A DNA stretch of 64,000 nt. It comes from Octopus sinensis (taxonomy: Eukaryota). How positions within the stretch are numbered: the first letter of the stretch is position 1; every line of letters starts with the position of its first letter. The stretch covers positions 13,888,001-13,952,000 of the forward strand of contig NC_043020.1 in NCBI RefSeq assembly GCF_006345805.1, written 5' to 3'. Made by a program: the position numbers and the translations under genes. Under the pieces are notes generated by a model that was not told the origin of the DNA, searched no databases, and saw only the letters and a program-made list of their open reading frames with translations. This document shows, one piece after another, positions 50,398-62,863 of this stretch.

Positions 50398-51540
50398 GTA
50401 TCAAGGACCTATAGTCCTTTAAGGGATGTTAGCATCCTAGTTCTCCAGTTTATACCAACACGCAAGTCAACCAACGCTTTGAAATGTTGAAATTGAATTA
50501 ATTTTGTTCAACTTCAGCATGGCCACAGTCAAATGATTGAAACAAGTAAAAGGAAAACAAATAAAATAGAAGATATATATATATATATATATATCTATAT
50601 GTGTGTGTGTTTGTGTGTAAGAAGTAAAAAGGATTAGCAAATCCAGATATATATCTAGAAAGCCATCAGTGTTAATGAAACAATACTAATAAATACTAAT
50701 AAATTCAAGTAGAATTAACATCCAAATTATTAGCATCGTAGATCGTTTTCATATTTTGGCACAAGGCCAGCAATTTCGGGGGTGGGGATATATCGATTAC
50801 ATCGACCCCAGTACTCAATTGGTATTTATTTCATCGACGCCGAAACCCTCGGTGGGATTCGAACTTGGGACGTGAAGACGGACGAAAGTGTCGCTAAGCA
50901 TTTTGCCAGGCGTGCATATGATTCTTATTTCTTTACTACCCACAAGGGGCTAAACACAAAGCGGACAAACAAGGACAGACAAACGGATTAAATCGATTAC
51001 ATCGACCCCAGTGCGTAACTGGTACTTAATTTATCGACCCCGAAAGGGTGAAAGGTAAAGTCGATCTCGGCAGAATTTGAACTCAGAACGTAATGCCAGA
51101 CGAAATACCTATTTCTTTACTATCTACAAGGGGCTAACACAGAGGGGACAAACAAGGACAGACAAAGGTATTAAGTCGATTACATCGACCCCAGTGCGTA
51201 ACTGGTACTTAATTTATCGACCCCGAAAGGGTGAAAGGTAAAGTCGAACTCGGCAGAATTTGAACTCAGAACTTAATGCCAGACGAAATACCTATTTCTT
51301 TACTACCCACACGGGGCTAAACATAGAGGGGACAAACAAGGACAAACAAACGGATTAAGTCGATTACATCGACCCCGGTGCGTAACTGGTACTTAATTTA
51401 TCGACGACGAAAGGTGTAAGTCGACCTCGGCGGAATTTGAACTCAGAACGTAATGCCAGACGAAATACGGCTACGCATTTTGCCCGGCATGCTAACGTTT
51501 CTGCCAGCTCGCCGCCCTTTTTTAAAAGTGGCCCGCAAAA

Positions 51541-51614
51541 ATGCTACGGTGAATTGAACTCTGCACCTCTCAAATTCCAGCTGAGCGCTCTGTACCACTG
51601 AGCCAAACGGTCAC
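51541..51614 (-). pseudogene. tRNA-like sequence with box A/box B
   Basis: Reverse complement tggctcagtggtacagagcg-ctcag ctGGAat ttgag-aggtgcagagttcaattc; T and acceptor stems are imperfect. Confidence 0.4.
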
Positions 51615-51726
51615 TGACAGTAAATCTACATATCGCTTAGAAAGAATTACTAGAAATTCAAAGCTCACACACACACATACATACATACATACATACACAC
51701 ACCGTGAAGAGAGAGACGAAGGTAAG

Positions 51727-51782
51727 ATGGCTTGTAGCAGCAGCAGAAGATATCGAGCTGTACCCTCAAGTTTATTGTCAAG
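51727..51782 (+). CDS. AMN1: AMN1-like exon 1
   Basis: ATG...tcaag|gttcgt; the phase 2 end fits the next exon. Confidence 0.65.
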
Positions 51783-54700
51783 GTTCGTTCAGCAAAATAT
51801 ATTTTTTACGTATTATCTTTTAATGTGTTTGTTATTGCAAGAAATATTGTGTTTTGTATTACGACACTCATGCACGCGTGTGTATATATTTTTGTAGACG
51901 TATATATATAACTGTAACCATGTCCCAGTGTACGACTGTAATAGCTATAACATTACCCCTCAGGAGCCGTCGTAGGGGCATTTTAGGTCCCTCCCTGTGT
52001 AAATTAATGCATTGGGCCCCTATAATATTTATTTCTTGATAGCAAGTCACAACGTATATAGAACGTAATTGACCCCTAAGACTCGTAAACTTCTCAAGAA
52101 ACTACCCCGTGTACTCATACATTAAGATAGTAATGCCCACCCCACCTCTAGTGAATGGGGGATAAAGTCTTGGTCAGTTAGGGGTCTGGACCTTTATTTT
52201 TTGTCTCTAAAACAGGTCAAGCGTCCGAAGGTTTTAAAACTTCTTCTTTTCTTGCTCCACGAATAAAACCATTTCCCACTAAAACCAGTTGAAACGGTGA
52301 CCATCCCGTATAAAAAGATATTTATGTTTATCTTTGACCAACTTCTCCTGGGTACACCAGTCTCTTTACTAATTTAGGGGTAGATATAGCTGTTATTTCT
52401 AGCAGAACTCACTCGTTGCCTGATGAAGAATTGTGATAAATATGTTGACATTACCTATTTTAACGTAAAAAATTTATTGTAAATTATATATGTCTTACTA
52501 TTAGTACTAATATTTTGGAAATCTTTGTTTATAATATAAATTTGGGGCACTAAAATTATTTAATATTTGGGTATTTCTTTCGCGACAGGGTCTTTGTTTA
52601 CATGTTTTATCCTGAAAAATTTCCGTCCCGTATAAAAAGATATTTATGTTTATTGTGACCAACTTCTGGGTACACCAGTCTCTTTACTATTTAGGGGTAG
52701 ACATAGCTGCTATTTTAGCAGAACTCACTCGTTGCCTGATGAAGAATTGTGATAAATATGTTGACATTACCTATTTTAACGTAAAATAATTATTGTAAAT
52801 TATATATGTCTTACTATTAGTACTAATATTTTGGAATATATTTGTTATAATATAAATTTGGGGCACTAAAATTATTTAATATTTGGGTATTTCTTTCGCG
52901 ACAGGGTCTTTGTTTACATGTTTCTATCCTGAAAATATTTCCGTTCCCGTATAAAAAGATATTTATGTTTATCTGTGACCAACTTCTGGGTACACCAGTC
53001 TCTTTACTAATTTAGGGGTAGACATAGCTGCTATTTCTAGCAGAACTCACTCGTTGCCTGATGAAGAATTGTGATAAATATGTTGACATTACCTATTTTA
53101 ACGTAAAATAATTATTGTAAATTATATATGTCTTACTATTAGTACTAATATTTTGGAATATATTTGTTATAATATAAATTTGGGGCACTAAAATTATTTA
53201 ATATTTGGGTATTTCTTTCGCGACAGGGTCTTTGTTTACATGTTTCTATCCTGAAAATATTTCCGTTCCAGTATAAAAAGATATTTATGTTTATCTGTGA
53301 CCAACTTCTCCTGGGTACACTAGTCTCTTTACTAATTTAGGGGTAGATATAGCTGTTATTTCTAGCAGAACTCGTTCTTTGACTACTGAAGAATTGTGAT
53401 AAATATGTTCACATTATCTATTTTAACGTAAAATTATAGTAAAAGATATTTATGTTTATCTGTGACCAACTTCTCCTGGGTACACCAGTCTCTTTACTAA
53501 TTTAGGGGTAGACATAGCTGCTATTTCTAGCAGAACTCACTCGTTGACTGATGAAGAATTGTGATAAATATGTTGACATTACCTATTTTAACATAAAATT
53601 ATAGTAAATTAGGCAATTATATATGTCTTACTATTAGTACTAATATTTTGGAATATATTTGTTATGATATAAATTTGGGATACTAAAATTATTTAATATT
53701 TGGGTATTTCTTTTGCGACAGGATTTTTTGTTTACATGTTTCTATCCTGAAAGTATTTCCGTTTCCGTTCATCATAAAATTATTTTTTGGGATATCGATT
53801 TGACAGAGCAGGTTTAAGGCGGCGAGCTGGCAGAAACGTTAGCACGCCGGGCGAAATGCTTAGCGGTATTTCGTCTGCCGTTACGTTCTGAGTTCAAATT
53901 CCGCCGAGGTCGACTTTGCCTTTCATCCTTTCAGGGTCGATAAATTAAGTACCAGTTACGCACTGGGTCCATGTAGTCGACATAATACCTATGTCTGTTA
54001 TTGTTTAGCCCCTTGTGGGTAGTAAAGAAATAGGTATTTCGTCTGCCGTTACGTTCTGAGTTCAAATTCCGCCGAGGTCGACTTTCCCTTTCATCCTTTC
54101 GGAGTCAATAAATTAAGTACCAGTTACGCACTGGAGTCGATATAATCGACTTAATACCTATGTCTGTTATTGTTTGTCCCCTCTATGTTTAGCCCCTTGT
54201 GGGTAATAAAGAAATAGGTGTAAAGACTTTGTTAACACCTGGTGACTTGAAATCGATTTCTAATTACCCATAGTAATTAGAAATTCGATTTCATCATTTC
54301 CTTTCGATAATCTGAATACGGTTTCAAGTTACTGAAAGCTGAATGAGGGAAATCGCTACACTAGTCTTTACAAGTTTCGAACCTTTATACTCTAAGTTCA
54401 AATCCTACCTACAGCTACTTTCTTTCATCCGTCTGTGGGTCGATAAAAGAAAGATCTAGAATTTAGGATCATTTCTGTATGGCTTCTCATTTTGAAATTT
54501 TAGAATTAAGCGAACATTTTCAAATTTAGTATATACAGTTAATGTTACAGAAAGAAAAAAATTAGAAAAATATTTCGTTTTTTTGGATTTGGTTTGCAAG
54601 ATTCTTTATATGAGTTCGTGTGTTGAAGTATATTCGGTTGTGTCTGGGGAGAGTAATTTTCTTTTTGTGCCTTTATTATGTAACACACTCACCGGTAAAA

Positions 54701-57700
54701 TGTCCACTTAATTCTTATTAAATAAGAATTAAGTGGAAAGGATCTTTTTCTTTTGAACGGCACATGTCAACACAATTTCTAGTTAACTAAACACTTTAAA
54801 ACTTCGTATACTGGTAGAATGTGTCAAAATAAAACATTTTTTTCTCTTGGCTTTCTTGAGAAAATTGTAATTTGTTTATTTAACGTAGTTTAGCTCAATT
54901 AGAGGAAATTGATTGGTTAAAATTCGAAAAATTAAACTACGTTAAACAAACGAATTACAATTTTCTCAAAGCCAAGAGAAAAAAATGTTTTATTTTGACA
55001 CATTCTACCAGTATACGAAGTTTTAAAGTGTTTAGTTAACTAGAAATTGTGTTGACATGTGCCGTTCAAAAGGAAAAGATCCCAAAATGAAGACTCTCCC
55101 CAGACACAACAGAATTTGAAAAATGTTATAGAGATTTAAAGTTTGATAATTTTAACCCAGTCAGAAAACAATTTAAAAGCTGGCAATTACCCAAAATTTG
55201 CAAATTTTAAAAGCTATAACATTCTATTTATTAACTTAAGGACAGAACCGTTAGCACGTCGGGCGAAATGCGTAGCCGTATTTCGTCTGTCGTTACGTTC
55301 CGAGTTCAAATTCCGCCAAGGTCGACTTTGCCTTTCATCCTTTCGGGGTCGATAAATTAAGTACCAGTTACGCACTGGGGTTGATGTAATCGACTTAATC
55401 CCTTTGTCTGTCCTTGTTTGTCCCCTCTGTGTTTAGCCCCTTGTGGGTAGTAAAGAAATAGGTATTTCGTCTAGCATTACGTTCCGAGTTCAAATTCCGC
55501 CGAGGTCGACTTTACCTTTCATCCTTTTGGGGTCGATAAATAAAGTACCAGTTACGCACTGGGGTCGATGTAATCGACTTAATCCCCTTCGTCTGTCCTT
55601 GTTTGTCCCCTCTGTGTGTAGCCCCTTGTGGGTAGTAAAGAAATATATGTTCTGTACACATTTACCTTTCAGTTGTTTATTCCCACGTCAACCCTGCATT
55701 CCAACCGTGACCATACCGTCTTTTTAAAGAATATTAGACTACTGGGTTGTTTACTGTAATCAAACGCATGTTACATTTAAGGAAGATACAACCAAAAAAC
55801 CCAGCTACAACACAAGTAACACTACGTTATCCACTGCAAACTCTCTTTATTTGGTTGTTATTTCTGTTATGGTGAACAAAATGGTCTTCTTAAATTCATT
55901 TATTAAACAAGCGGAAACGCAACCATTTACCCGGTGAAATAATTACACAGTATTTGGTCGTGTTAACATTTTATGTCGTCCAAAGAATGGAAAGTGGACA
56001 TAGAATGATGATACTTATATATTTACATATGTTGGTTTCTATGCATAGTTACTCTCTCTCTCTCTCTCTTCTCTTTTACTTGTTTCAGTCATGTGACTGT
56101 GGCCATGCTGGAGCACCGCCTTTAGTCGAGCAAATCGATCCCAGGACTTATTCTTTGTAAGCCTAGTACTTATTCTATCAGTCTCTTTTGCTGAACCGAT
56201 AAGTTTACGGGAACGTAAACACACCAGCATCGGTTGTCAAGCCATGTTGTGGGGACAAACATATACATACACAAACACACACATATATATACGACGGGCT
56301 TCTTTCAGTTTCCGTCTACCAAATCCACTCACAAGGCTTTGGTCAGCCCGAGGCTATAGTAGAAGACACTTGCCCAAGGGAGACAGGATAAACTACCTGC
56401 ATCAACTTGCTATAAAAGCAGGTAGTAATTTTACCTTGTCTTTATTCTTAGTGCAAGTTTTGAAGAGTGCGGTTCGATTTTAACAGTTATTTTTTTCAAA
56501 ACTATAATGGAAGTGACAAAGGAGCATATTCAGTATATTTTGGTTTATGAGTTCAATAGAAGCAACAACACAACGGAAAGTGTGAGGAATATTAATGCAG
56601 TATATGGGGATTGGACAATAAGTGTAAGCCAGTGTCAACAGTGGTTCCAGAAATTCTGAGCTAAAAACTAGTCTCATCGTAGCTCAATGAGGACATCCTG
56701 CAAACCCTGGTGGAACAAAATGCAATTGTAACTGTTGAGGAACTAGCCAAAGAAGCTAGAATTTGGTTATTCAACCATTCATGGACACCTGTGTGCCATT
56801 GGAAAAGTCAACAAATTGGGTCAATGGGTTACTCACAAACTTTCCAAGTTTAATCGCATGCAGAGAGTAAATGTGTGCTCTTCCTTGCTGTCATGTCTCA
56901 CGAATGAACCTTATTGGACTGAATAGGGACTAGTGACAAGAAATGGGTTCTCTATAAAAATGTCAAGTACCAAAGACAGTGGGTAGAGAAAGGAGAAACA
57001 CCAGCACCCCAGGTTAAAGAAGATCTTCACTAACATAAGATGATATCTGTTTGATGGGATATGAATGGTTTAGTCCACTTTGAACTTTTAAACCCAAACC
57101 AAACGATAACAAAGGAGATCTACTGCAAGCAGCGTGAGTGGCTTAAGTCAGCGCTAGAAGAAAATTGACCATCTTTGGTTTCAAGACGAAAGATGGTCTT
57201 CCATCGGGATAATGCTTGGCCATATACAGTGAGGATGGACATTTCAAAGGCTGGAGCAGTTTGAATGGGAAGGAATGACTCACCCACCATATTCGCTCCA
57301 TCTGGTTATCATTTATTCTGTAGTCTTCAAAATCATTTGGACAGAAAAAATATGAATTCTGTAGACAAGGTCAGAACAGTACTGGAGGAGTATTTTTGGT
57401 CATGGACAAGTGAATTTTGGAAGACGAACATTACAAGTCTACCAGATAGATGGAAGAGCATTGTAGAAAATGAAGGAAAGTATATTTTAGATTAAAAAAG
57501 AAATTTATCTTAATTTTGAAAATTAAAACAAGTATTAAAAAAACTGCATTATTTATGGGATGACCCAATATATTGAATGTTATATATACATTTTGGTTTT
57601 ATTGTTTTGGCCTGAACAATAAAAAAAAACAACTCTTTTCCTCCACTAGATCTATGCAGATATTCTTAACCAACTTAGAAAATGATGGTAAATCTCTACA

Positions 57701-58849
57701 GTTGTTACCAGTTGACTTACGTGAAAAATGCCTGAACTATATGTCTTTGAGAGGTTTGCTCTCAGATCAGAACTTGAAGAATGTAAGTTGATGTTTGTTT
57801 AACATTTTCTTTTCTTTGTGTTTATTATTTGGCGTTAGGAAGGGCATCCAGCTGTAGAAACTCTGCCAGATCAAGACTGGAGCTTGGTGCAGCCATCTGG
57901 TTCGCCAGCCCACAGTCAAACCATCCAACCCATGCCAGCATGGAAAGCAGACGTTGAATGACAATGATGATTCTCTCTCATCTTTTACATTTTTTGTAAT
58001 CATTTCCCAAATTTACCCATCTGTACTTTGAATGGTTTTACATATTTCTCCAGTTTGAGTCAATAAGTACACCTTTATGCAGTTGCTTGATCTGCTGGAA
58101 ATGGCAGCCAACTCTCCCTCAGATCACACCCCATAGCTTCTTTTTATAAGAGCACTACATAAGATAATGTAGTGTTAAATAAATTAATTAAAAAACTTGG
58201 GTGTGGGGAAGATATTGAAACTGGGGCAGTTTTGGTCATAGGTCTACTTGATCAAGGCTAACTGGGGCTAAATAACAATTTCATAATTCTCTAATGAGTT
58301 TGGAGCAGTGATTTTGAACCAAATCACTGGGTATGTGGTCAGACTTTACAATCAAACCACCATAGTTTTACATGATTGGTCTATTAAACCAACCAATCAG
58401 CATAAGGTGATGGCATAGACTGGATTTACTTGAACGTTCTAGAATTTGATTTCCAGTCCCATATAAAATCCATTTGGTATGTAGTTTAGATAGCAAGCAG
58501 CCAACACAGACTGCCTTGGACAGAGGACTCGAGGTCCTCTGTTACCACAAAAATAGCGCACTTGATTTCAGATATATGAAGCTGGCCACATGTTGCTGTA
58601 CCAATAACTTTTCTGTAAGCTCAAAGCAGTGTCTCTCTCCCTGTCTGTAATTATTGCTGTTATTAACTATAAATGACCAACATAGATTTTCTTTGTGTGA
58701 CAATCAATACTTCAATTAAACATTTGCAGGTGATGTTTAAGTTATTTTTTTCAGGCAACCAAGAAACATATTTTCATTCACCAATTCAACCATGGCACAG
58801 CAAACAATCAGCACCCATGTGACAAGTCCATTAATTTTGTAGATCCTTG

Positions 58850-58897
<48 letters not shown>

Positions 58898-59219
58898 AAA
58901 TTAAATTATATTAGAGATAAAACCACTATTAGGCAAATCAAACAATGAAAAACATAAACCAAAACATAAAAATAATTAATATAATATACAAAATATATAA
59001 AATTTAAAATTATTAATTTATATTTATAAATTTTTATATTTTTCAAATATTTTTTAATTTAAATTAATAAATTTTTTAATTTCTCAACTTTTTTTTTACA
59101 CACACACACACGCACACACACACACACTTATTATCTTGTATTAAAATTTTTAATACTTTTTGATAGTTGTATAATAAGTGTGTGTGTATGTATATATATA
59201 TTAATTTTGTAGATTCTTG

Positions 59220-59263
<44 letters not shown>

Positions 59264-59438
59264 AAATTAAATTAAATTAGAGATAAAACCACTATTAGGC
59301 AAATCAAACAATGAAAAACATAAACCAAAATAAATATAATATACAAAATATATAAAATTTAAAATTATTAATTTATATTTATAAATTTTTATATTTAAAA
59401 AAATATTTTTAAATTTTAAATTAATAAATTTTAAAACT

Positions 59439-59487
<49 letters not shown>

Positions 59488-60042
59488 TATCTTATATTAA
59501 ACTTTTTAATACTTTTTGATAGTTATATAATAAGTGTGTGTGTGTGTGTGTGCGAAGTCATTTAACCCTATTATCTCCCCTAATTTCATGAAAATTTCAG
59601 GTTTTTATTTGAAATTTCTAGAGTTGATTCCTTGATAAATACAACAGCAATATATCAAATTAGAAAAAGACCTGGTTGAAAAATGTTCTTAGATAATCAC
59701 TTTTACTCAGAATGCCTGTACTTGCATCTTCACCAGGGCATTACAGATTTATATCTAAATTTGTGGCCAATATTCAAGGAATTTTGCCACCACAGAATGT
59801 TACAAATCACCTTGAACTCTTATTGTTCTCTTACTCTTTTACTTGTTTCAGTCAGTTGACTGCGGCCATGCCGGAGCACCGCCTTTAGTCGAGCAAATCG
59901 ACCCCAGGACTTATTCTTTGTAAGCCTAGTACTTATTCTATTGGTCTCTTTTGCCGAACCACTAAGTTACGGGGACGTAAACACATCAGCATCAGTTGTC
60001 AAGCAATATTGGGGAGACAAACAGACACACAGATATATACAC

Positions 60043-60094
<52 letters not shown>

Positions 60095-60643
60095 AATATT
60101 AGGGAATAAATCCAAATTTACAGGGAAAAAATCAGATTTAGGATTAAATCCAATTTTATAGTAAAATATTATATAATATTATTAGAGACAAAACCACTAT
60201 TTTGCAAAACAAACAAGGAAATACTTAATCAATACATAAAATTTTAATAAAAAGTCAAAAAAACCGCCACTACAATTGTTTCTTGTCTTGATCGACAATC
60301 TTCAGGTGGACTTCCAATTTACAAGTCAGTTTCGGGCCTCTTTCAGTTTCCGTCTACCAAATCCACTCAAGGCTTAGGTCGGCCCGAGTCTATAGTAGAA
60401 AACACTTGCCCAAGGTGCCACGCAGTATTGAACCCAGGACCATGTGGTTAATAAGCAAGCTACTTACCACACAACCACTCCTCCGCCTATCTCTCATAAT
60501 TTGAAACTGACTTGTAAATTGGAAGTCCACCTGAAGATTGTCGATCAAGACAAGAAACAATTGTAGTGGCGGTTTTTTTGACTTTTTATTAAAATTTTGT
60601 GTCTTTCGTTGTTTGTTTTGCAAAATAGTGGTTTTGTCTCTAA

Positions 60644-60698
<55 letters not shown>

Positions 60699-61726
60699 CG
60701 GGCCTCTTTCAGTTTCTGTCTACCAAATCCACTCAAGGCTTAGGTCGGCCCGAGTCTATAGTAGAAAACACTTGCCCAAGGTGCCACGCAGTATTGAACC
60801 CAGGACCATGTGGTTAATAAGCAAGCTACTTACCACACAACCACTCCTCCGCCTATCTCTCATCTTAGCACACAAAAAAGATTAAATATTTAAAAGATTT
60901 TATTTCATTTTCCAAAATTTCCTATAATTTGAAGTTAGAAGCTTTTCCAGATAAACATATCAAATATATCTTATTTTTGTAAATATTCTTTATTTTCAGG
61001 TAATCCACAACAACCTCAAAAAACTAGATCTGTCCGCATCTTCAGTTACAGAAGCTGGCTTAGTCAACTTAAATCAATGTTCTAAACTTCAAAATCTTAA
61101 CCTTAGTTCTTACCATCAAGAAATTCGATTTTCATCACCATGTAAGTTTTTGAATGTCTGTTGTTTTAAATCCTATTATAATTTTCTAGAATTGTTCCCC
61201 CAAATGTGTAACCCTTTAGTGTTCAGATTATTCAATCAAACATAATGCTTATTGATTTACATTGATTTGAATTAATCATGAATTATCTCATATCTTCAAG
61301 ATCTTGATGGTGTAATTACTTAATGTAGAATAACATTGTAGGGTAGGTGCGAGGGCCTGGATCTGGTCAGTTTGAACATAAAACAGATTAACTATTTTGG
61401 CCAGATATGGCCGGTTTAAATACTAAAGGGGTAAAAACTAAATTCAAATTTGTTTTTTCTGAAAATTATTTTCATTATCTCTTTTTTTGAACTTCTCTTT
61501 CCTCACAGGTCTCATCAATTCCATCAAGCATTGCCTTTCTATTCAAGTATTGAATCTAAGTCGTTGTCACAATGTTGATGATGCTACTGTGGTTGCTTTG
61601 TCTAGATCCTGCCGGAATATTCATTGTTTAAATTTAAGCCAATGTTCCAAAGTCACAGACGTAGCAATGCAAGCTCTGGGAGAAAATTGCCATTACTTGA
61701 GGAGTATAGACTTCAGTAGAAATTCA
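51727..61726 (+). CDS. AMN1: AMN1-like leucine-rich repeat protein, 5' part; exons 51727-51782, 57650-57782, 61000-61141, 61509-61726
   Basis: Phase-consistent GT-AG exons: [28 protein letters not shown]...[62 protein letters not shown]...-CLINSIKHC...[19 protein letters not shown]...[25 protein letters not shown]. This is colinear with recalled human AMN1 (LPPNIKDRL..MS.QG.ITD, LDL...I.DA.L..L..C.KL..LNL, ALG.NC..L..VDFS). Confidence 0.9.
52305..53768. repeat. Tandem array, ~320-bp unit x ~4.5, in AMN1 intron 1
   Basis: cc(c/a)gtataaaaagatatttatgttta at 52305, 52627, 52946, 53268; partial restart at 53441. Confidence 0.92.
54740..55082. mobile_element. Fold-back (almost fully palindromic) relative of the same MITE family
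   Basis: gatctttttcttttgaacggcacatg...catgtgccgttcaaaaggaaaagatcc; arms ~150 bp. Confidence 0.75.
56400..57570 (+). mobile_element. Decayed mariner (Tc1/mariner) transposase pseudogene
   Basis: ATG at 56507 ([16 protein letters not shown]); degenerate WVTHKL (WVPHEL), [15 protein letters not shown] and [13 protein letters not shown] motifs with stops and frameshifts; right TIR ...gcattatttatgggatgacccaata. Confidence 0.9.
57650..57782 (+). CDS. AMN1: AMN1-like exon 2
   Basis: ccactag|atct...aagaat|gtaagt. Confidence 0.9.
58833..59552. repeat. Tandem duplication (~370 bp x2) of (TA)n plus a Penelope-like tail
   Basis: ttaattttgtagat(c/t)cttgc(TA)n...ttagagataaaaccactatt occurs twice; the tail resembles ttagagacaaaaccactatt at 60182. 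Confidence 0.6.
60267..60309 (-). ncRNA. Type I hammerhead ribozyme, exact inverted copy of 60527-60569
   Basis: ccactacaattgtttcttgtcttgatcgacaatcttcaggtgg is the reverse complement of the + strand motif. Confidence 0.85.
60527..60569 (+). ncRNA. Minimal type I hammerhead ribozyme (canonical core)
   Basis: CCAC-CTGAAGA-TTGTC gatcaa GACAA-GAAAC AATT GTA-GTGG. Confidence 0.85.
61000..61141 (+). CDS. AMN1: AMN1-like exon 3
   Basis: ttttcag|gtaatc...ccat|gtaagt; LRR LKKLDLS. Confidence 0.9.
61509..61726 (+). CDS. AMN1: AMN1-like exon 4
   Basis: ctcacag|gtctc...aattca|gtaggt; cysteine-containing LRRs. Confidence 0.92.
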
Positions 61727-61756
61727 GTAGGTCACTTATTTTCTTCACTGCTATGC

Positions 61757-61776
61757 ATACACACACACACACACAT

Positions 61777-61834
<58 letters not shown>

Positions 61835-61875
61835 ATATATATATATACACACATACATACATATACACACACACA

Positions 61876-61921
<46 letters not shown>

Positions 61922-62136
61922 CACACATATATATATACACACATATATATACACACACATATATACACACACACATATATATACACACACACACATATAT
62001 ATACACACACACACATATATATATACACACACACACACATATATATACACACACACACACATACACATATATATATACACACACATACACATATATATAT
62101 ACACACATACACATATATATATACACACACGCATAC

Positions 62137-62171
<35 letters not shown>

Positions 62172-62205
62172 TATATATGCACACATGCACAAATATATAT
62201 ATGCA
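61757..62205. repeat. Compound (CA)n/(TA)n microsatellite
   Basis: Direct reading; source of several spurious long ORFs. Confidence 0.95.
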
Positions 62206-62516
62206 ACATCAACATATGTATAAACAAACTGTGTTAATCAATTAGGCATTAAAACAGAATGACTCTCCCTAGACAATAAAATATGCTTCAACACACGAAT
62301 TCACTAAAGAATCTTGCATACCAAATACAAAATCTTATATCTGTTTTTAGAAGCATCGAAAGTGTATCATATTATATCCAATTTTCCCTGGTGTTTTCAT
62401 GGCAATACTGCATTCAAAATATCATACTGTCTTATCTGTATAATATGATACACATTCGACATTTCTAAAACACAAATGTAAGTTTTTTTTAAATTTGAAG
62501 GAGATTGTTGTCAGCA

Positions 62517-62587
62517 GGCAGTTTAGCTTAATGGTAAAGTACTCAGCCAGTCTCTGAGAGATGTGGGTTCGAGTCCTGTGGCTGTTT
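62517..62587 (+). pseudogene. tRNA-like cloverleaf (anticodon AGT), degenerate or element-borne
   Basis: D arm gctt/aagt, anticodon arm ctcag-ccAGTct-ctgag, T loop ggttcgagtcc, T5 run at 62597; many G-U pairs and C at position 33. Confidence 0.5.
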
Positions 62588-62684
62588 GTTGACAACTTTT
62601 TCGGTCTTACAAGGGTAATAATACCCAATTTTTCCTGCTGCTTTTATAGCAATACTGTATTCAAAATATTACTTTCTGGTCTGT

Positions 62685-62760
<76 letters not shown>

Positions 62761-62789
62761 CAAGTTCGACAAATTATATTTTATGACGT

Positions 62790-62863
62790 ACCCCACCGAT
62801 GATCTGAGGATAATTATGTAAGTAAAATTGCATAATTTATTAAGTGAAACAATTGTATGGGGT
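62790..62863 (+). ncRNA. Type I hammerhead with long stem II (U4C variant)
   Basis: ACCCCA-CCGATGA-[tctgaggat AATTATGTAA gtaaaa TTGCATAATT tattaagt]-GAAAC AATT GTA-TGGGGT; within a segment bounded by (TA)n tracts. Confidence 0.7.

Larger units (their letters stand above)
60091..60650. mobile_element. Penelope-like remnant with inverted hammerhead-bearing arms, inserted in (TA)n of a SINE
   Basis: Arms 60181-60333 and 60503-60650 are reverse complements, with a small internal deletion in the second; the spacer duplicates 165 bp of the flanking target. Confidence 0.7.

Noticed and set aside
52410-52460. CTGATGA in the 320-bp tandem unit as a possible retrozyme hammerhead
   Set aside because: No stem II plus GAAA-N-UH and no closing stem I found.
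58520-58543. Isolated 9-bp hairpin acagaggac-tcgag-gtcctctgt
   Set aside because: No surrounding context supports a function.
61713-62245. 150-250 aa ORFs rich in H/T/Y/I or C/V/Y
   Set aside because: Translations of the (CA)/(TA) microsatellite; the real exon ends at the donor at 61727.
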